Below are positions 27,834 through 36,978 of a stretch of DNA of 64,000 bases, one piece after another. Both the position numbers and the translations under genes were made by a program. The notes under the pieces were generated by a model. The model made no database searches. It worked only from the letters and a program-made list of their open reading frames with translations, and was not told the origin of the DNA. How positions within the stretch are numbered: position 1 is the first letter of the stretch; each line of letters starts with the position of its first letter. This DNA is from Eubacteriales bacterium. Lineage in GTDB: Bacteria > Bacillota > Clostridia > Oscillospirales > SIG627. Location of the stretch: contig JAZSDQ010000098.1 in the NCBI GenBank assembly GCA_045531235.1, positions 8,554 through 72,553 on the forward strand, in the 5' to 3' direction.

Positions 27834-28766
27834 TTACGAATAGATCTTAAAGAGTTCCTTTGCCTTTGAAGCGCTGATGGCATAAAAGCCGGCAGAAGTC
27901 GTAGAGCCGGGAATACGGGTGTAGGTCTGCTCATAGCTATCAAAGCTGAAAATAACCTCACCTAGGGTATTCATATCCAATTCTTCAAAATCCGTTTCCA
28001 CATTGTACATCACATTATACATAATGGCTTTTGCACGGGAAAGATTCTCCGGCCGAAGGAAGGTGCTGCAGAACGCACGGACAAAATTAAGCTGCGTATC
28101 TTCTCTGGCAGTATCACCGTTGGCGTATCCGCGGTAAGAAACAAGTTGAACTGCCTGATCGCCGGTGAGAAGCTGACTTCCCTTTTGAAGATTGATCTTC
28201 AGATTCTGGGTGGGATCAAAATAATACATATCTTCCGGCACGGTATACTGAATACCGCCTAGGAAATCGATGAGATTAGAAAGGGCATACATCGGCATGG
28301 AAACGTAGTAATCTGCCGTAATACCTGTTTCCTGAGCAACAAACTCCCGATAAAAATTGGCGCTGCGGGTAGAGTAAAGGGAGCCCAATTCGTATTTTTT
28401 ATCCGCCTCGGGAACCACCGTGTTGGAGGGGATCAAAGAAACCGTCGCCTTTTTTTCGGTAGCATTGATACCTACGAGAAAAATGGCATCGGCATTTTTT
28501 TCATTATGATCTACACCGAGAAAAAGAAACGTGGCGGTAATATCTTCCTCGGAGGTCTGAACATTGTCACTTCCTGCAGGAAGGGATTCCTGAGTTTCGG
28601 GGGTTAAACCTTCTTCTGTCTTCGTTTCTTCCTCCTGGGCGCCGATCTTATGTACCACATCGCCCATCAAGCCTTCTGCTGCGCGGATCAAAAACACGGC
28701 AACTACGGTAAATACTGCAATTGCTACCGCCAAGGTGAGAAGATAATCTCTCAGCGAACGTTTCAT
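27834..28766 (-). CDS. LytR-CpsA-Psr (LCP) family protein
   Basis: 310 aa. One N-terminal TM helix, then FLFLGVDHNEKNADAIFLVGIN...ATVSLIPSNT. Confidence 0.8.
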   Translation of the reverse strand: MKRSLRDYLLTLAVAIAVFTVVAVFLIRAAEGLMGDVVHKIGAQEEETKTEEGLTPETQESLPAGSDNVQTSEEDITATFLFLGVDHNEKNADAIFLVGINATEKKATVSLIPSNTVVPEADKKYELGSLYSTRSANFYREFVAQETGITADYYVSMPMYALSNLIDFLGGIQYTVPEDMYYFDPTQNLKINLQKGSQLLTGDQAVQLVSYRGYANGDTAREDTQLNFVRAFCSTFLRPENLSRAKAIMYNVMYNVETDFEELDMNTLGEVIFSFDSYEQTYTRIPGSTTSAGFYAISASKAKELFKIYS

Positions 28767-28852
28767 TTAGCGCCTCCTTTTCCTCATTCTCCCTTGATTA
28801 TACAGGATTTCAAAGAGCATTGCAAGATTTTTTTATTCATTACAGTGTTCTT

Positions 28853-29668
28853 TCACTGCCTTTTACAATAAATTAAGATTCCAATATCCATTTCAGTATC
28901 AAGACTCTGAAGCTGCGAAAGTTTTTTTATATCCCGAGGGGAGGTTTTGTGAGCGTAAGGAGTCATGCCGAAAAGATTGAAAATATCTTCCCCGGAAGAA
29001 AGATGTATCTCTTTTTTTACGCGGACCTCCTCGGAAAGATGAAAGCCCTCGCCGATAACAGCCGCAGAAAGGTTTTTCGTAGGATTTTCATACACTTTTT
29101 CCTTTAAAGAAAAAAGATGATCCTCCAGCGGAACCGCGCGCACCAAATAGCCACCGGGCTTCAATATACGTAAAAATTCATTTTCCGAATAAGGAGCAAA
29201 CAGAGAAAACAAAAGATCTGCGCTTTCTTCCGCCACGGGAATATGAAAGGTGCTTGCCACAAAAAAGTTTCCTTTGTCACGAAGCCTTTTTGCGCAAAGG
29301 CGAACGGCATCCTTGGAAATATCGAATGCAAAGCCATGGGGATTTTTCCCGCTTTCATAAAGCCGACGGAGAACGCCTTCGGTGTAATACCCTTCTCCGC
29401 AGCCGGCATCAAGAAAAGTACCGTTTGTCGGAAAGAGCTTCATCGCTGTCTCCTCAAGCTTTGAACGCAAGGGTTCATAATAGCCTTTCTCCAAAAACGC
29501 TCTGCGGGCCAAAAGCATATTTTTATCATCGCCGTGGCCGCGAGCAGAAGAATCCATAAGAAGATTAAGGTATCCTTCCTTGGAAACATCAAAGCTATGC
29601 CCTTTTTCACAACGTGCTGTTTTTCCGTCAAGACAAAGAGGCAGTGAGCAAACGGGACAAATCAGCAT
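28853..29668 (-). CDS. rRNA (guanine-N1)-methyltransferase, RlmA-like
   Basis: An N-terminal Zn finger (CPVC...C.KGHSFD), then SKEGYLNLL...ARRAFLEKGYYEPL and the SAM motif LDAGCGEGYY. Confidence 0.78.
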   Translation of the reverse strand: MLICPVCSLPLCLDGKTARCEKGHSFDVSKEGYLNLLMDSSARGHGDDKNMLLARRAFLEKGYYEPLRSKLEETAMKLFPTNGTFLDAGCGEGYYTEGVLRRLYESGKNPHGFAFDISKDAVRLCAKRLRDKGNFFVASTFHIPVAEESADLLFSLFAPYSENEFLRILKPGGYLVRAVPLEDHLFSLKEKVYENPTKNLSAAVIGEGFHLSEEVRVKKEIHLSSGEDIFNLFGMTPYAHKTSPRDIKKLSQLQSLDTEMDIGILIYCKRQ

Positions 29669-30171
29669 TCTTCCTGATACTCCGCGGCGAGAGAAGTGTA
29701 CATCTCAGCATTTTTCTTGATTTTTTCTACGGTCTTCTCATCAAGGGTGCGAATCACCTTTGCAGGAACGCCTACCACAAGGGAATAGTCGGGAATTTCC
29801 ATTCCCTCTTTTACGAGCGCTCCCGCGCCAATAAGGCAGCCCTTACCGATGACGGCTCCGTTTAAAATACAGGATCCCATGCCGATCATCGTCCCATCCC
29901 CTACGGTGCACCCGTGAACAATGGCATTGTGACCGACGGTAATATCTTTTCCCAAGCAAACGGGAAAGCCTTCGGCAGCGTGAACCGTTACATTGTCCTG
30001 AATATTGGTGTTTTCTCCGATTTCGATCGTATTCTCGTCACCGCGGATCACGGCGCCATACCACACGTTGACCTTCGGAGAAAGCTTTACTCTGCCAATG
30101 ACCGCGCAAGTTTCCGCAAGAAACACGGATTTATCGATCTCAGGCATCACATTTTGATGGGGTCTGATCAT
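29662..30171 (-). CDS. Gamma carbonic anhydrase-like / hexapeptide-repeat (left-handed beta-helix) protein
   Basis: The start is trimmed to MIRPHQNVMPEIDKSVF. Hexapeptide repeats run through the sequence (VIGRVKL..., IRGD...IEIGENTNIQD). Confidence 0.75.
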   Translation of the reverse strand: MIRPHQNVMPEIDKSVFLAETCAVIGRVKLSPKVNVWYGAVIRGDENTIEIGENTNIQDNVTVHAAEGFPVCLGKDITVGHNAIVHGCTVGDGTMIGMGSCILNGAVIGKGCLIGAGALVKEGMEIPDYSLVVGVPAKVIRTLDEKTVEKIKKNAEMYTSLAAEYQEEC

Positions 30172-31054
30172 TGTTTTCCTCTTTTGATTTCTTCTCTTTT
30201 TTATAAATAATAATTGCCAGAATGCCAAAAATCACACCCAGCACAAAATAAGCGATACCAAAATTTAACATTTTTTGTATTACGGTATTACCAAGGGTTA
30301 CGATCAAATCTTTCAAATATACAGGTTCCACGCCAAGTCTTGAGAGATAGTTTCCCATTTTTAGCCACAGAGCCGGTGCAAAAAGCAAAATCCCTGCGGA
30401 TACAAAACCAAGATATCCAAAAACAAAGACTTTTTTCTTTTGGATCAGAACAAGCAGCACAAAGGCAAAGACAAAAAAGATGCCTGCAGCAACAGCAACG
30501 GGAGAAATAATTTTTTTCACCATGCGCAAAGGAGAGGCGAGCATAGAAAAAATTCCGCTCATATTCATCGCGGAAGAGAATTCATCCACGTAATACTTCG
30601 CCAAGACGGGAAAATCCTCTTTCATTTCCGTCCACTCTTCTTCGCTGATCTCCAGTTCTCCTGATTCACGAAGAGACATAGCATACGCTTCCACCTTTTT
30701 GCAGAAAGCTTCTGTTATCTTCTCGCGATCAAAAGAAGCCGTATCATCAGAAAACATTTTGGAAATGGGTGAGATCGCAAGATCAAAGGGAAGTTCCTCT
30801 TCCAAAAAAGCGCTGCAAACCGACGCAGGCACCCCTGAAGTCTCACTAAGAAACGTATACTTCTTCAAAAGATTTTCCCTCATTTTTTCTGCATAAGCGC
30901 TTTGCTGCGCCAGCTGCAACCAGCTATCGGCAGATGAAACTGTCTGAAGAAGGGGCAACAGTCCAAAAAGCACGAAAGAAAGAGCAAGAACCAAAGACAA
31001 GAAAGAGGAGATCACAACTCGGATCGTTTTTTTTGCAATAGATTCCGTTTTCAT
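30140..31054 (-). CDS. Multi-pass membrane protein, unknown function
   Basis: The start is trimmed to MKTESIAKK, which follows a GAAAGGAGG site. There is one N-terminal TM helix, a roughly 150-aa soluble region, then 4-5 TM helices. Confidence 0.5.
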   Translation of the reverse strand: MKTESIAKKTIRVVISSFLSLVLALSFVLFGLLPLLQTVSSADSWLQLAQQSAYAEKMRENLLKKYTFLSETSGVPASVCSAFLEEELPFDLAISPISKMFSDDTASFDREKITEAFCKKVEAYAMSLRESGELEISEEEWTEMKEDFPVLAKYYVDEFSSAMNMSGIFSMLASPLRMVKKIISPVAVAAGIFFVFAFVLLVLIQKKKVFVFGYLGFVSAGILLFAPALWLKMGNYLSRLGVEPVYLKDLIVTLGNTVIQKMLNFGIAYFVLGVIFGILAIIIYKKEKKSKEENNDQTPSKCDA

Positions 31055-31067
31055 TTTGTTCCTCCTT

Positions 31068-31736
31068 TCAGTGCAAGATCTCAGGACCGGAGATCTTGTC
31101 TGCATATACGAAGAATCGATATCTCGTCAGTCGGAGGGTGGTAAAGGGGTAACAGGTGTAGAGGATCAATTCTTCCTTTTCCTGCGAAAGATCAACGGCT
31201 GTAGGATCATCTTTATCTTTCACGACCGTTTCTCTGATTTTGTATTGATATACCCCGTAGTTGGTGGTGATCGTTACTACATCACCCACTTTCACATGCT
31301 GCAAGGCGTTGAATTTTCCGTTATTATGTCCACAGATAAGGATCGGTTTTCCGTATCCGGGAATCTTGGTGCCGTAATTCTGGCCAACACCACCGCGGGA
31401 AAGAGCTTCATCGGAATCATCAAAATATACATCCGTTTCCAAAGAGCAGGATTCAATGGTAAGACGCGCATAAAGCGCACCGCGAGTGGGAAAGCGGATA
31501 TCGTTTCCATCGATCACTTCTTTGGAATCGTCTCCCTCGTAGCCTTCAAAAATATTGTCAAATTCTTGCTCTTGGCTTTGCTGTTCTTCGTGTGACAGAA
31601 AAAGATTCACAATGGAAAGGTAGGGAGAAATCGTCTTCCCGAAAGAAAGATAAAGAGCAAAAACTACCGTTATTGATAAAATCAGTGGCGCTATCAATAT
31701 CGCCACTGATTTTAATACCATATACTGCTTTTTCAT
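31068..31736 (-). CDS. Sortase family transpeptidase
   Basis: 222 aa. An N-terminal TM anchor, the catalytic His in ILICGHNNG, Cys in LILYTCYPF and Arg in LTRYRFFVYA. Confidence 0.75.
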   Translation of the reverse strand: MKKQYMVLKSVAILIAPLILSITVVFALYLSFGKTISPYLSIVNLFLSHEEQQSQEQEFDNIFEGYEGDDSKEVIDGNDIRFPTRGALYARLTIESCSLETDVYFDDSDEALSRGGVGQNYGTKIPGYGKPILICGHNNGKFNALQHVKVGDVVTITTNYGVYQYKIRETVVKDKDDPTAVDLSQEKEELILYTCYPFTTLRLTRYRFFVYADKISGPEILH

Positions 31737-31745
31737 TGTTCAAAC

Positions 31746-32306
31746 TCAAAAAAGCTGCGCTTTTTTAGAAACAAACGCGCAAGCGCAAAGGAGGGTCATT
31801 ACAGCAGATGCAGCTACAAAAATACCCGTTGCATCAAGACCTGTCGGTTTGATAACCGTCTTATTGGGAGTAGCAACAACAACAGTCTGCCCCTTCTGAT
31901 CCTTCACGGTAACGGTACCCTTCGTATCTGCCACTGCAGTACAATCAACAACGCCCGCAGCTTCGTCAATACGGTCCAAAACTTCATTACGGGTTTCCGA
32001 AGACCACTCTTTGACAGAAGCACCGGCCTCTTCTTTCTCTACTGCTGCAACCGCTTTTTCCACTTCACTCTTGATCATATTGATCTGCTCGTCGGTCAAA
32101 GGGATCGCAAGAGAAGCAATATAGTTTTCTCCCTGAGCAAGAGCGCCTGCAACGTCTTTGGTACCGTCATCCAAAATCGCGAGGGCCTCTTTCAGGTAAA
32201 CGAACAAATCTTTTTCCGCATCCGTCAAATTTCTTGCGCTGACACTCATGGGAATCAAAGAAACAACCAAAAGTGCAACAAGAAAAAACGCCATTACTTT
32301 TTTCAT
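31746..32306 (-). CDS. Secreted protein with a C-terminal cell-wall sorting signal (IKPTG), likely substrate of the adjacent sortase
   Basis: The signal peptide is MKKVMAFFLVALLVVSLIPMSVSA. The C-terminus is IKPTG-LDATGIFVAASAVMTLLCACAFV-SKKAQLF: a motif, a hydrophobic stretch, then a basic tail. Confidence 0.65.
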   Translation of the reverse strand: MKKVMAFFLVALLVVSLIPMSVSARNLTDAEKDLFVYLKEALAILDDGTKDVAGALAQGENYIASLAIPLTDEQINMIKSEVEKAVAAVEKEEAGASVKEWSSETRNEVLDRIDEAAGVVDCTAVADTKGTVTVKDQKGQTVVVATPNKTVIKPTGLDATGIFVAASAVMTLLCACAFVSKKAQLF

Positions 32307-32329
32307 AATACATGACCTCCAAAAAAATG

Positions 32330-33079
32330 CTAAATCGTCTGGCCGAAAGCAGCTTCTTCTTCCACTTGAGAATGGACTTTCCGCGGAAAGAGCAGCTTTT
32401 TACCGTTTTCATTGACAAAAGGAAGAAGACTTGCTTCCTTCTTTTGTATCTTATTCAAAATAATTCGTCTTTTTTCTAAGGAAAAACATTCCTCATGAAT
32501 ATCTTCTCCCAGAAAATCAATGTAGCCCTTACGATACAAGGATATCAGCCTTCTCCTTGAAAAACAAGAAGAAAATGACGAAAAATTTGCTTGGAACATA
32601 CAACCGTTTGTTTTCAACTTGTTAAGAAGCTTCTCATCTGACACAAGGAAGGGGTATCTGTCAATATGGGCAATTACGGGAGTAATTCCGTAGTCTGCGA
32701 TCAAACGGCGAAGCCGAATTTCTGTTTCTTTGGAAAACATTTTTTCATATTTCGGCTCTACAAGCATATAATTCGTATCTTTGTAGCATAAGAGAGAAAG
32801 GTCTCTCGTGTTAAAGAGTGTAGAGGACAAATACACCTCGGCACCTAAGGAAAAAGAGAATTTCTTCGCCTCAGGCAAAGTCAAAAGCTTCTCAAACGCC
32901 GCGTTTCTTTTGTTCAAAAAGCGTTCCAAAGATTGACTGTACGGATAAAAATGAGGTGTTAGCGCTAAGTGAGTTACACCGTTTTCTGCCAAAGAAGACA
33001 GCAAGCGGCAGGAAGTCTTAAGATCGGGAGCGCCGTCATCCACAGCGGGCAAAAGGTGAGAATGGATGTCGACTGTCAT
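32330..33079 (-). CDS. CpsB/CapC-type tyrosine-protein phosphatase (PHP family)
   Basis: MTVDIHSHLLPAVDDGAPD...ALTPHF. Confidence 0.85.
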   Translation of the reverse strand: MTVDIHSHLLPAVDDGAPDLKTSCRLLSSLAENGVTHLALTPHFYPYSQSLERFLNKRNAAFEKLLTLPEAKKFSFSLGAEVYLSSTLFNTRDLSLLCYKDTNYMLVEPKYEKMFSKETEIRLRRLIADYGITPVIAHIDRYPFLVSDEKLLNKLKTNGCMFQANFSSFSSCFSRRRLISLYRKGYIDFLGEDIHEECFSLEKRRIILNKIQKKEASLLPFVNENGKKLLFPRKVHSQVEEEAAFGQTI

Positions 33080-33085
33080 TCTTTA

Positions 33086-33850
33086 TTACTCCGCTTTGTT
33101 TTCGGTGCTGTTTGGCATCTTTTCAGGCTGTTCTGCAGCCTTGCCATAGCCATAACCGTATCTTCCGTATCTTCCGTACCTACCATATCTTCCGTAACCG
33201 CGCTTCTTTTCCTGCACGCCGTTAGCAATCAGACCAAGAATCTTTCCGCCAACCAGATTTACCTGATCAATGGCTCTCTGAACATCTTTCTTTGCCGTAT
33301 ACTTGGGACGGGCAACCAGAACGATTCCATCTGCGTGCTGAACCAAAGATAACGCATCAGACACAATATTCAAAGGTGGCGTATCAATAATTACGAAATC
33401 ATATTTTGACTTCATCTCCGCCAAAAGCTTTGCCATTCCTTCGCTGGCAACCATTTCCGCAGGGTTGGGAGAGATCGTACCTGCACAAATCACATCCAGA
33501 TTGGGGCAGGCTTCCTTGTGAACAACTTCATCAAGAGTATTAAAGCCACTGAGGAAATTCGTCACGCCGGGAACGTTAGGCTTTTTTAAAAGCTTGTAAA
33601 TATGAGGATTGCGAAGGTCTAAGTCGATAAGAAGCACTTTTTGGTTGTTTCTGGCAACGGAGAATGCCACGTTGGCCGCAGTAGTCGTTTTTCCTTCGCC
33701 GGAAATTGAGCTGGAGATCACAATGATCTTACAACCTTTTTTCGCAACAGAAAACATTAAATTGGTACGAATGGTTCGATAAGCTTCTCTTACACCAAAC
33801 CATACGCCGTCGCTCTGAGTTTTATAAGGACGTCTTTCAACACTTGCCAT
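33086..33850 (-). CDS. CpsD/CapB-type BY tyrosine kinase (cytoplasmic ATPase component)
   Basis: Walker A is SGEGKTTTAANVA and Walker A' is LLIDLDLR. The C-terminal tyrosine cluster is GYGRYGRYGRYGRYGYGYG. Confidence 0.88.
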   Translation of the reverse strand: MASVERRPYKTQSDGVWFGVREAYRTIRTNLMFSVAKKGCKIIVISSSISGEGKTTTAANVAFSVARNNQKVLLIDLDLRNPHIYKLLKKPNVPGVTNFLSGFNTLDEVVHKEACPNLDVICAGTISPNPAEMVASEGMAKLLAEMKSKYDFVIIDTPPLNIVSDALSLVQHADGIVLVARPKYTAKKDVQRAIDQVNLVGGKILGLIANGVQEKKRGYGRYGRYGRYGRYGYGYGKAAEQPEKMPNSTENKAE

Positions 33851-33853
33851 GAA

Positions 33854-34555
33854 CTACACCCCCTTCTTTTCGTGGGAAGAAAAGTCCGGAACGATACCAA
33901 ACAGCGGAAGCCCGAAATTTTCCGTCAGTTCCTCTGCGGAACGGATCCTGTTATCCGTCAGCTCGCGAAGAATCACGATGGCCGCGGAAAGAATAAAGCC
34001 GAAAATAAGCCCTACCAAAGTGTTGCGCACAACATTGGGTCCGGACGGGGAAGTGGGCATTACAGGATTACTCAGCACAGAAAGGGAGCCGATATTCTCA
34101 TAATTTGCAATCTGAACAGGTGCCATTTCCGCAACGGAAAGAGCAACGCTATAGGTCAATGTAGGATCGTTGGTAGTGATCAAAACGAAAAAGGAACTGG
34201 TTTCCTCAATCACAGAGGAAAAACGCAAGCAAGAAGCAATTTCCTTGGGAGAAACGTTCGTCTCCGTGCTTTCCGCCAAATCTTTGGATACCAATTCATA
34301 GAATTCATTGATGTTCAAAAACTCAACAAACTGCGGAGCTACTGTTTGATTCAAAGACGAATACATATCATCTTCGGAAGCGCTTGCAAAAAATTTCACC
34401 TGTGCAGTATAAGTAGGAGCCACAAAATACTTTGTATAAACAAAAGCGCCGACACCAAACAAAATAGCTACAACCAAGATAAAGACAATACCCTTCATCA
34501 TCCAATTGAATAGGTCTTTTAATGTAATTTCCACAGATTCTGTTCCTTTCCTCAC
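33854..34555 (-). CDS. CpsC/Wzz-type polysaccharide co-polymerase (kinase transmembrane modulator)
   Basis: 233 aa. Two TM helices flank an extracytoplasmic loop. The N-terminus reads EITLKDLFNWMMKG. It has a GTG start 1 nt after the upstream stop. Confidence 0.78.
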   Translation of the reverse strand: MRKGTESVEITLKDLFNWMMKGIVFILVVAILFGVGAFVYTKYFVAPTYTAQVKFFASASEDDMYSSLNQTVAPQFVEFLNINEFYELVSKDLAESTETNVSPKEIASCLRFSSVIEETSSFFVLITTNDPTLTYSVALSVAEMAPVQIANYENIGSLSVLSNPVMPTSPSGPNVVRNTLVGLIFGFILSAAIVILRELTDNRIRSAEELTENFGLPLFGIVPDFSSHEKKGV

Positions 34556-34556
34556 G

Positions 34557-35666
34557 TTATTTTGCGTAACGACAGTTGATCTCCTGCATGAGAGGCAGCT
34601 TTTCTTTCATATCCAGAGCGAGGGTCAGCTGACTTCTTCCTCTTTCCAGATTATGCTCGGGATGTCTGGTCTTAAAATATTTATCTCCATTGAGATAATC
34701 TTCCAGGAATCGAGCAGAAAGCTCAAAAGCCATAGTAACTGCGCCAAGGGCCAAGCTATCCAATTCTTCGGAGGTGCAAAAATCCTTAACCGCGGGGATA
34801 AATCCGGAAGCAAAAGCCTCGTAAAGTTCCAAATTCAAACCAACCTTGGAATAATCCGGCTCATCCTCTGCCGCAAAGTTGGCAGAAAAACGAATGGCAT
34901 CGCCGAAATCATAAGCACAAAGACCGGGGATTACCGTATCCAGGTCAATGACACATACAGCCTCGCCGCTGTCTTTATCGATGAGGATGTTGTTGTACTT
35001 GGTATCGTTGTGGGTAACGCGAAGCGGAAGAATACCGCTTGCTCGCTTATTCTCCAACTGTCCCCAAAGAGCTTCGTTTTCTTTCAGGATTTCAATTTCC
35101 TTTTCGATAACGTGCCGTCTTCCCGCCTCGTCTCTTTCACAAGCGGCGAAGAAGTTTTTCATACGAACGGGGGTGTTGTGGAAGTTAGGCATCGTATCCA
35201 CAAGCTCTTCCATGGGAAAATCGCAAAGCTGCTTTTGGAAAGTGCCAAAAGAATAGCCTGCGTTTTTCAGGATCTCGGGATCCTCTGCCTGATCGTAAGT
35301 AATAGAATTGGGAATGTAACGGTAAATACGCCAGAAGTTGTCATTATCGGCAAAATAATAATTGGTGCCGTCTTCCCTCTTAAGAAACTGAAGAACTTTT
35401 CCTTCAGGATCTTTTCCTTCACTGATCAGCTTTTGACGAATATGACTTGTAACCTTGTCAATATTCCCCATGATGCCTACAGGATTAGGAAACACATAAG
35501 TATTGATTCTTTGGAGTACGAAGCTATCCGTCTTTCCTTTATAGCGAACATCCACTCTGTGAGTAGAGTTAATATGCCCGCTGTGGAAAGTTTCTACTCG
35601 AAAGGAATCAAATTGAATTCCGAATTTTTCCAAAACCGAGGTAATTTCTTTACTGTTGTATGTCAT
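34557..35666 (-). CDS. N-acetylhexosamine 1-kinase-like phosphotransferase (APH/NahK family)
   Basis: It matches my recollection of Bifidobacterium NahK along its length: GHINSTH, PLRVTHNDTKYNNILID, VIDLDTV, and the C-terminal FLEDYLNGDKYFKTRHPEHNLERGRSQL. Confidence 0.7.
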   Translation of the reverse strand: MTYNSKEITSVLEKFGIQFDSFRVETFHSGHINSTHRVDVRYKGKTDSFVLQRINTYVFPNPVGIMGNIDKVTSHIRQKLISEGKDPEGKVLQFLKREDGTNYYFADNDNFWRIYRYIPNSITYDQAEDPEILKNAGYSFGTFQKQLCDFPMEELVDTMPNFHNTPVRMKNFFAACERDEAGRRHVIEKEIEILKENEALWGQLENKRASGILPLRVTHNDTKYNNILIDKDSGEAVCVIDLDTVIPGLCAYDFGDAIRFSANFAAEDEPDYSKVGLNLELYEAFASGFIPAVKDFCTSEELDSLALGAVTMAFELSARFLEDYLNGDKYFKTRHPEHNLERGRSQLTLALDMKEKLPLMQEINCRYAK

Positions 35667-35834
35667 ATCGTTTCTCTCTGTTTTTCTAAATTTACGGGCT
35701 GCTCTTCTTCAAATGGGCAAAATCACCCAAAACTAGCATCATAGTCATTATAACATAGCCTTTGAAAAAAAGCAAGAGTTTTCCCCAAACAGCTTTTTTG
35801 CCAAAAGGTGCAATGACAAAGCCTTTAAAACAAG

Positions 35835-35863
35835 AAAAAGTTGCCAAAATCGGCAACTTTTTT
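35835..35863 (-). terminator. pfkA terminator
   Basis: GTTGCC-loop-GGCAAC flanked by an A-run and a T-run. Confidence 0.7.
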
Positions 35864-35871
35864 CACTTTGT

Positions 35872-36849
35872 TTAATAGAGAGAAAGGATCTTGCTTGTGC
35901 GAATCAGATCATCATCAATTTCTTTTTTCATAGAGAGCGCATCTTCAATGTCCAGATCCACGATGCTGTCCCCTTTCATTGCAATAATTTTACCGTAAAC
36001 ACCCTGTGCCAAAAGCTCAGTCGCCTTCGCCCCCATAAGAGAAGCGGCAACGCGGTCCCGTACCGTGGGACTCCCCCCTCTTTGCTGATGGCCGAGAATG
36101 GTAGTGGTTGTGGAAATGCCGGTCTTGGCTTTGATTTCCTCAGCGATTTCCATGGTTCCGCCCACGCCTTCGGCATTGATGACAATATAGTGATTTTTGC
36201 CGGCGTTGCGGCAAGAAAGAATGGGTTTTATGATATCCTCGTCCACACGGAAGGATTTTTCGGGGATAATACAAGCCTCGGCGCCGCCGGCAATGCCGCA
36301 GTTTAATGCAATATAGCCTGCATTTCTGCCCATAACCTCCACGACGCTGCAGCGTTCATGGGAATATGCGGTATCTTTAATGCGGTCGATAGCTTCTTTT
36401 ACGGTATTCATTGCCGTATCGTAGCCGATGGTATAATCGCTGCAAGACACGTCGTTATCAATGGTAGCGGGAATCCCAATGACGGGAAAGCCGATTCGGT
36501 GAAGATCTCTCGCGCCGCGGAGAGAACCGTCACCACCGATGACCACGATGGCATCCAGGCGAAAAATATCTGCCATTGCCTTTCCTCTGGCAATTCCCTC
36601 TGCAGTTTCAAATTCTTTGCAACGGGCGGTCAAAAGCACCGTTCCGCCGCGGCTGATGATATTGGAAACGGAATGATTGTTCATCGCCTGGATAGATCCA
36701 TCGAGCAGGCCCTCATATCCACGCTGAATGCCGTACACCTCAAGACCATGATACAAGCCCGAGCGCACCACCGCACGCAAAGCCGCATTCATTCCCGGCG
36801 CATCTCCGCCTGATGTCATAACGCCGATTCTTTTGATGTTTTTTCCCAT
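35872..36849 (-). CDS. pfkA: ATP-dependent 6-phosphofructokinase
   Basis: IGVMTSGGDAPGMNAA, GGDGS, PATIDND and LGHQQRGG. Confidence 0.93.
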   Translation of the reverse strand: MGKNIKRIGVMTSGGDAPGMNAALRAVVRSGLYHGLEVYGIQRGYEGLLDGSIQAMNNHSVSNIISRGGTVLLTARCKEFETAEGIARGKAMADIFRLDAIVVIGGDGSLRGARDLHRIGFPVIGIPATIDNDVSCSDYTIGYDTAMNTVKEAIDRIKDTAYSHERCSVVEVMGRNAGYIALNCGIAGGAEACIIPEKSFRVDEDIIKPILSCRNAGKNHYIVINAEGVGGTMEIAEEIKAKTGISTTTTILGHQQRGGSPTVRDRVAASLMGAKATELLAQGVYGKIIAMKGDSIVDLDIEDALSMKKEIDDDLIRTSKILSLY

Positions 36850-36978
36850 CCTTCTCAGCCTCCGATTTTTGTTAATTTCTGATTATATTCACATTATAAA
36901 AGCATCTTTGTTATTTTTCAATAGTTATCTTCCGAAAAATGAAAAAAATATAGAAAAGTTTTCATTTTTACCAATGAT

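Noticed and set aside
33140-33200. A short tandem repeat that might be a minisatellite or CRISPR-like array
   Set aside because: The repeats are 9-nt, in frame, and encode the expected tyrosine cluster of a BY-kinase. There are no spacers.
34506-35744. A 412-aa + strand ORF
   Set aside because: It is antisense to the NahK-like kinase gene, which matches a known family along its full length.
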